DNA of 42,450 bases from a virus (lineage: Duplodnaviria; Caudoviricetes), in IMG/VR virus record IMGVR_UViG_3300012921_000049, positions 1 through 42,450 of that record; one strand, given 5' to 3'. Position 1 is the first letter of the stretch, and every line of letters begins with the position of its first letter. A program made the position numbers and the translations under genes. The notes under the pieces are model-generated. The model was not told where the DNA came from and made no database searches. It was given only the letters and a program-made list of their open reading frames with translations. Of this stretch, positions 42,173 through 42,450 are shown one piece after another.

Positions 42173-42450
42173 GCCGCCGCCCCACTGGTGGCGCGCGAAT
42201 TCTCTTTCCGGGCCAACGCATCGATCTGGCGCCGCGCCTCGGCCACGCCGAGGATGTTGCGCAGCTTGATGTATTCGCGCTCATAGCCGGCCGGTGGGGA
42301 CCAGCGCGCCCGCATGCGCTCGGCCTGCTTCGCCTTGAAGTCGGGGTCGGCATTCAGCGCCCGCATGCGCTCGGCCTGCTTCGCCTTGAAGTCGGGGTCG
42401 GCATGCAGCGCCCGCATGCGCTCGGCCTGCTTCGCCTTGAAGTCGGGGTC
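42169..42450 (-). CDS. 17-aa tandem-repeat protein, 5' truncated by the window edge
   Basis: Frame is open to 42450; (DPDFKAKQAERMRAL[H/N]A)n, then Y..LR...GVAEARR; ATGA-coupled to the next gene. Confidence 0.75.
   Translation of the reverse strand, partial: DPDFKAKQAERMRALHADPDFKAKQAERMRALNADPDFKAKQAERMRARWSPPAGYEREYIKLRNILGVAEARRQIDALARKENSRATSGAAA
42306..42450. repeat. 51-bp tandem repeat, at least 2.8 near-identical copies
   Basis: Units start at 42306, 42357 and 42408; one substitution seen (ATTC/ATGC). Confidence 0.95.

Larger units (their letters stand above)
377..42450 (-). mobile_element. Podovirus-like (pro)phage region, early genes through lysis; incomplete at the right edge
   Basis: Co-oriented, overlapping genes for replication, terminase, portal, capsid, tail, ejection and lysis in canonical order. 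No tape measure or sheath gene. No integrase or att site seen. Confidence 0.95.

Noticed and set aside
42306-42450. CRISPR array
   Set aside because: Repeats are contiguous with no unique spacers, are a multiple of 3 and are coding; no cas genes.

Overview
GC-rich DNA that reads almost entirely as one tailed (pro)phage, probably a short-tailed temperate phage of an alphaproteobacterium (GcrA, GapR-like and FliG-like genes point to that host group). Nearly all genes lie on the minus strand and are tightly coupled by ATGA/TGATG/TAATG overlaps. Right to left: early and regulatory genes (17-aa repeat protein, HTH + PAS-like protein, GNAT/acyl-synthase-like protein, GapR/RMF-like protein, RuvC-like resolvase, GcrA); an adenine-modification cluster (MT-A70, a Dam-type methylase frameshifted at a G10 tract, XF1762/Mom-like GNAT); replication (DnaB, DUF1376 initiator with internal iteron-like repeats); NusG-type antiterminator; terminase, portal, scaffold, capsid; a methyltransferase-GT9 fusion; adaptor and tail genes; ejection proteins (one ending in a Hint domain; one ~2800-aa polyvalent protein split by a single in-frame TAG); and a lysis cassette. 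No integrase, repressor or att site is visible. Most unusual: a stand-alone FliG middle-domain gene in the lysis cassette, a coupled HTH-PAS/acyl-synthase-like pair, the poly-G switch in the methylase, the in-frame amber codon, and two paralogous antisense lipoproteins. All family names come from motif recognition by eye; no searches were run.
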